Assembly: GCA_045576815.1 (NCBI GenBank)
Contig: JAZNHD010000051.1
Coordinates: 995 to 64,994 of the forward strand
DNA from: Eubacteriales bacterium
Lineage (GTDB): Bacteria > Bacillota > Clostridia > Oscillospirales > CAG-272
DNA: 64,000 bases
Direction: 5' to 3'
The stretch's first letter is position 1. The number at the start of each line of letters is the position of its first letter. Shown here in pieces: positions 59,752 through 64,000 of this stretch. The notes below the pieces were generated by a model. The model was not told where the DNA came from and did not search any database. It was given only the letters and a program-made list of their open reading frames with translations. The translations under genes and the position numbers were made by a program.

Positions 59752-59958
59752 ATGAACAAGAACATTCAAGAAAAGATCATAGACATTACCGGTATTGAGC
59801 TTATGCCGGGAAGCCCTACCGTTTGCTTTGGTAACGGCGAGATAGGCTTTGAGTGTTGTTGCGACGAGTGTGATTACTTTTTGCTTTGTTTTCCCGAATT
59901 TGATGTTCAAATCAAAGAAGAAAATATTGCTACAAGTAAAGATAATACTACAAAATAG
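59752..59958 (+). CDS. Small Cys-rich hypothetical protein
   Basis: GGGGG RBS; LMPG.P.VCFGNG...ECCCDECDY...C. Confidence 0.6.
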   Translation: MNKNIQEKIIDITGIELMPGSPTVCFGNGEIGFECCCDECDYFLLCFPEFDVQIKEENIATSKDNTTK

Positions 59959-60074
59959 TCAAAAAATGACAGAGAATGTAAAGTGTTCTCTGTCATTTTT
60001 GTCGGTAAATAAGATATTATTTTTAAGTTAAAAAACTGTCCTTAAGAACACATCCCCTTGCCCGTGTGCATTTT

Positions 60075-61046
60075 TTATTCTCCATAAAGCGCAGAGCCTT
60101 TTAAAATCTCTTCAACCTCAGTGTAAGTTGAGCTTCTGTTTATAGCGGCTCTTATTGCGGCAGCTCCTTTAAAGCCTTTCAGATAGAGGGCAATCTGCTT
60201 TCTTGACTCGGGGATGGCAACCGACTCGCCTTTATCAAGCCTTGCGAGATTGAGCTGGCAGAGGGCGGTGTCTATTCTTTCTTTTGGCGAGGGCGGTGTA
60301 TATTTTTCGCCCAAGAGCGAGGCGCGTATCTCTTCGAAAATAAATGGGTTGCCTATAGCACCGCGTCCTATCGCGATAGCATCAGCGCCGGTTACTTTTA
60401 ACATATCGAGTGCCTCGTCGGCTGAGGTGATATCTCCGTTTGCTATAAGCGGTATTTTTACGGCATTTTTAACGCGTGCTATAAGAGCCCTGTCAGCTCT
60501 GCCACCGTACATCTCTACACGGGTGCGGCCGTGTATGCAAACCGCCGATGCACCGCCTGCCTCTGCGGCGAGTGCGCATTCCACTGCGTTGCGACAGCTT
60601 TCGTCTATTCCGGCGCGCAGCTTTACGGTAACCGGCTTGTCGGTCGCCAGCCTTATCGCTTCTGTGATTTTTTCTATAAGACGGGGATTTTTCATAAGCG
60701 CCGAGCCCTCGCCGTTTGAAAATATCTTCTTAACGGGACATCCCATATTTACGTCAATTGCAACAGCCTGCCTGCTTACCGTTTCCGTGAGGATTTTTGC
60801 AGCCTCAGCCATAATCTCGGGCTCCTTGCCGAAAAGCTGGATTGCGACTTCTCCCTCGTCCTCACATACTTTTGCAAGCGCTGCCGTTTTTTTGTCGTTA
60901 TAGACTACTGCCTTTGCACTTATCATCTCGGTGACTGTGTACTCCGCGCCGTGCTTGCGGCAGATGAGGCGCATGGCCCTGTCGGTATAACCGGCCATTG
61001 GCGCGAGTATAAGGCCGTGCGTAAGCTGTGAAAATCCGATTTTCAT
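60075..61046 (-). CDS. dusB: tRNA dihydrouridine synthase
   Basis: LAPMAGYTD, NMGCP, HGRT, ANGDI, GRGAIGNP. Confidence 0.93.
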   Translation of the reverse strand: MKIGFSQLTHGLILAPMAGYTDRAMRLICRKHGAEYTVTEMISAKAVVYNDKKTAALAKVCEDEGEVAIQLFGKEPEIMAEAAKILTETVSRQAVAIDVNMGCPVKKIFSNGEGSALMKNPRLIEKITEAIRLATDKPVTVKLRAGIDESCRNAVECALAAEAGGASAVCIHGRTRVEMYGGRADRALIARVKNAVKIPLIANGDITSADEALDMLKVTGADAIAIGRGAIGNPFIFEEIRASLLGEKYTPPSPKERIDTALCQLNLARLDKGESVAIPESRKQIALYLKGFKGAAAIRAAINRSSTYTEVEEILKGSALYGE

Positions 61047-61181
61047 ACCGACACCTCCCGTGCGTTTGTCAATAATATTTTATCACAGTCTGTGGAATTT
61101 TGCAAGCAAAATAGATATTGTTACTTGAAATACGGCTCTTTTTATGTTAAAATGTAGGTAAAATACACGGGAGGTGGCAAT

Positions 61182-64000
61182 ATGGCAGAAAGACGCTGGA
61201 CAGACGAGCAAATGTCGGCTATAAATACAAGAGATAAAACCTTGCTTGTATCCGCTGCGGCAGGCTCGGGAAAAACAGCGACCTTAACCGAGAGGATTAT
61301 ACGCTCTCTTACCGACTCTGAGTCGAGAGTTGACATAACCTCGCTGCTTATCGTCACCTTTACGAATGCGGCGGCAAACGAGCTGCGTTCCAAAATTTCA
61401 GCGGCACTTGAGGCAGCGGTTATAGCCAACCCTGAGGACAAGCTTCTCTCGCGCCAGCTTTATCTTTTGCCTGCTGCCGAAATTTCCACCATAGACTCGT
61501 TTTGCAACGAGCTCGTGCGCAAGAACGCCGACAGAGTGGGGCTTATGCCGGGGTACAGAATTGCCGACGAGGCGGAGCTTATAATACTTGAGCATTCGGT
61601 GCTTGACGGACTTATTGATGCACTTTATTCGGGAGAGCTTCCTATGGTTGCAGAGCCGGAGGCCTTCGACGAGCTTTGTGACTGCCTTACCGATTCAAAG
61701 CGCACCGAGGACCTCGCGGACGTTCTTCGTACGATATATGGCAAGTGCTCTACGGCTGAGGAAGGGGTTGGCTCGCTTCTGCCTCTCATTGAGGAATATA
61801 ATCCCGACAAATTCGTATCGGTTGAGAAAACTCGACACGGGGCATATCTTATGCAAAAGGTAAGGGAGGTTTGCCACCACTTTAGTCAGGAGCTTTTAAG
61901 CTACAGAGATATGATTTTTCCCGATATGCCGTCTGGTGTGAAATGGAGAGATATGGCGGCAACGGATGCTGACGCGCTCTTACTTATAGAGAGATGCAAG
62001 ACTTATGAAGAAATGAGAGAGCGTATGTCCTCTCTTTCTTTTAAGACGAAGCCGTCTGTTACCGACGACCCTACGGGACGCCTCTCGGAGCTGTCACGTC
62101 TTCGCGACCTTATGAAAGAGGATGTTAAAGCCTTTTCGGATTACTTTAAATTTGATGAAGAGCATTGGCGCACGACCTTCGAGGGCTTTTATCGTGTTTT
62201 CTCGGTTCTATACAAAGTGCTTCTTTGCTTTGACCGTCTTTACCGTGAGGAAAAGCGACGTCGGGGTATAGCCTCATATAACGATATTGAAAGATACGCA
62301 TACGAAATTCTTTGGCAGGGCGGCACTCGCACCGACGTAGCAAAAAGCCTGATGAATAAATACGCTGCAGTATATATTGACGAGTATCAAGACGTAAACA
62401 GTCTGCAAAACAAGATATTCGAGGCTCTCTCGCGCCCCAATAACAGATTTATGGTCGGAGATATAAAGCAGAGCATCTACGGCTTCCGCAGTGCAAGGCC
62501 TGAGATTTTTGCAGCGATGAAATCGGAGTTTCCGCCGCTTTCCGAGGCGACAGGAGATACTGCCACGGTCTTTATGTCAAACAACTTCCGATGCGACGAG
62601 GCTATCGTTGATTTTGTCAACTCGGTTTTTGATAAGATGTTTTCGCTTACCCGTGAGAGCATAGGCTATGAGGATGGTGACAGGCTGGTGTTTGCGAAGA
62701 CCGAGAACACCGCGAGTGAGTATGTTCGCCCCTCGGTGTGCATGGTCAGCAAGGGCGGTGCTCTTTTGGGCGAGACGACCGTGTCAGAGCCGCAGCTTGT
62801 TGCACTCAAAATCAAGGAGCTTTTAAGCAACGGAAAGCTCAACGACGGCTCTCCGGTAAAGCCGTCAGACATAGTAATAATTATGCGTAATATGAAGCAC
62901 AGTGCGGAGTATGCCGCGGCGCTTGCCGGAGTGGACGTTCCTTCTGTCATTTCTGATGAGAAGAGCTTTTTCCTCTCACGCGAGGTGCTTCTTGCGCTCT
63001 GCCTTTTAAACTCGATAGACAATCCGCGACGTGACGTATATCTTGCAGGTCTTATGTGCTCGCCTCTTTACTCGTTTACTCCCGACGATCTCTATTTAAT
63101 CAGACACGGGGGTGGGGGTGAGACTCTTTACGAGGACCTTGTTGCCTACGCTTCTTCGCATCCCGATTTTGCAAAAGGACAGGATTTTCTTGCTTCACTC
63201 TCACACTACCGCGCTATTGCCGAGGGGATTAGCATTGATAAGCTGCTGTATAGGCTTTATTTGGAAACCGGGCTTTTGGCTCTTGCGGCAAGGAGCGGCG
63301 GCAAGGATAATCTTATGCTGCTTTATGATTGGGCGCGCACCTTTTCAGTGGGTAGTTATAAGGGACTTTACAGCTTTCTTACTTTTATTAACAGTATCGT
63401 AGGCGAGCGCACGACCTTTGACGATAGCCGTGAGAGTGGAGAGCGCTGCGCGGTTGAGATTATAACCTGCCACAAGTCAAAGGGACTTGAATATCCGATA
63501 GTATTTCTTGCCGAGTGCGGCGCGTATTTCAAAAATCACGATGCGGGTAATAGGCTTGCATTTGCTGAGGACTTCGGTATATCAGTAAGATTGCGTACCC
63601 CGTCGGGACTTGCGCTCGTCAACAATCCGGTGCAGGGAATAGTCAATCACTATATCTCCAAAAAGGATTACGAAGAGGAGCTTCGCGTACTTTACGTTGC
63701 GATGACGAGAGCAAGAGAAAGGCTTTATATAACTGGCGAGTGTCCGAGGAAAAATCGCGAGGATTACGAGAGCCATACAGCGCTTTTGCGTAAGACGCTA
63801 TCTCCCTACTCAGCAAGGACGTTTTCTTCTTATCTTGAAATTATTCTTGCGACCGGTGACGAGCGTGCGATAGTGAGCGAGGAGGCATTTGTATCTGAGC
63901 TGCCCGATACGGCAAGCGAAGCTCTTGAGCGCACCGAGACAAAAAGCCCTTCCAGCGACGAGGGTGCGGTGAGCGCCGAGGAATATCTTTACCGTTTTAC
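61182..64000 (+). CDS. addA: AddA helicase-nuclease subunit (3' truncated; absent from ORF track because there is no stop)
   Basis: WTDEQ...LLVSAAAGSGKT, DEYQD, VGDIKQSIYGFR, NNFR, HKSKGLEYP, LYVAMTRA. Confidence 0.92.
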   Translation, partial: MAERRWTDEQMSAINTRDKTLLVSAAAGSGKTATLTERIIRSLTDSESRVDITSLLIVTFTNAAANELRSKISAALEAAVIANPEDKLLSRQLYLLPAAEISTIDSFCNELVRKNADRVGLMPGYRIADEAELIILEHSVLDGLIDALYSGELPMVAEPEAFDELCDCLTDSKRTEDLADVLRTIYGKCSTAEEGVGSLLPLIEEYNPDKFVSVEKTRHGAYLMQKVREVCHHFSQELLSYRDMIFPDMPSGVKWRDMAATDADALLLIERCKTYEEMRERMSSLSFKTKPSVTDDPTGRLSELSRLRDLMKEDVKAFSDYFKFDEEHWRTTFEGFYRVFSVLYKVLLCFDRLYREEKRRRGIASYNDIERYAYEILWQGGTRTDVAKSLMNKYAAVYIDEYQDVNSLQNKIFEALSRPNNRFMVGDIKQSIYGFRSARPEIFAAMKSEFPPLSEATGDTATVFMSNNFRCDEAIVDFVNSVFDKMFSLTRESIGYEDGDRLVFAKTENTASEYVRPSVCMVSKGGALLGETTVSEPQLVALKIKELLSNGKLNDGSPVKPSDIVIIMRNMKHSAEYAAALAGVDVPSVISDEKSFFLSREVLLALCLLNSIDNPRRDVYLAGLMCSPLYSFTPDDLYLIRHGGGGETLYEDLVAYASSHPDFAKGQDFLASLSHYRAIAEGISIDKLLYRLYLETGLLALAARSGGKDNLMLLYDWARTFSVGSYKGLYSFLTFINSIVGERTTFDDSRESGERCAVEIITCHKSKGLEYPIVFLAECGAYFKNHDAGNRLAFAEDFGISVRLRTPSGLALVNNPVQGIVNHYISKKDYEEELRVLYVAMTRARERLYITGECPRKNREDYESHTALLRKTLSPYSARTFSSYLEIILATGDERAIVSEEAFVSELPDTASEALERTETKSPSSDEGAVSAEEYLYRF

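Larger units (their letters stand above)
59187..60075. mobile_element. Non-autonomous inverted-repeat-bounded cargo element B, including flanking hairpin arms
   Basis: tagggtcgtaccctaaaggacagtttt at left, aaaactgtcctt at right; subterminal homology to 3288-3423. Confidence 0.65.

Noticed and set aside
1..64000. CRISPR array, prophage, integrase or transposase
   Set aside because: No regularly spaced repeats and no such protein motifs were found

Overview
Chromosomal segment of a spore-forming Clostridia (Bacillota) bacterium (spoIIE, addA, plsX/fakAB, sigmaA-type promoters). It is mostly housekeeping and metabolic genes: GH2 glucuronidase, nagA, tcdA, comM, U32 family, htrA, B12 riboswitch/ECF, truB, nrdG/nrdD-Grx/trxB, guaA-B, pfkA, holA, guaB, asnA, P-type ATPase, mscL, dusB and partial addA, plus two tRNAs. 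No CRISPR, rRNA, integrase or transposase was seen. The unusual signals are mostly intergenic. (1) Two related transposase-less cargo elements with ~27-bp terminal inverted repeats sit inside terminator hairpins (2351-3442 and 59187-60075). (2) Three divergent AbrB/XRE mini-modules occur, including a tandem pair where abrB and the terminator are near-identical but the promoter and XRE are unrelated. (3) A 50-nt RNA 3' module is shared by two promoter-driven non-coding transcripts. (4) Both tRNAs are followed by structured modules holding inverted and direct copies of their own 3' ends. (5) A fakA-plsX-fakB-GNAT-ACP operon has a GNAT resembling bacterial ceramide synthase. All calls come from manual motif recognition; no searches were run.
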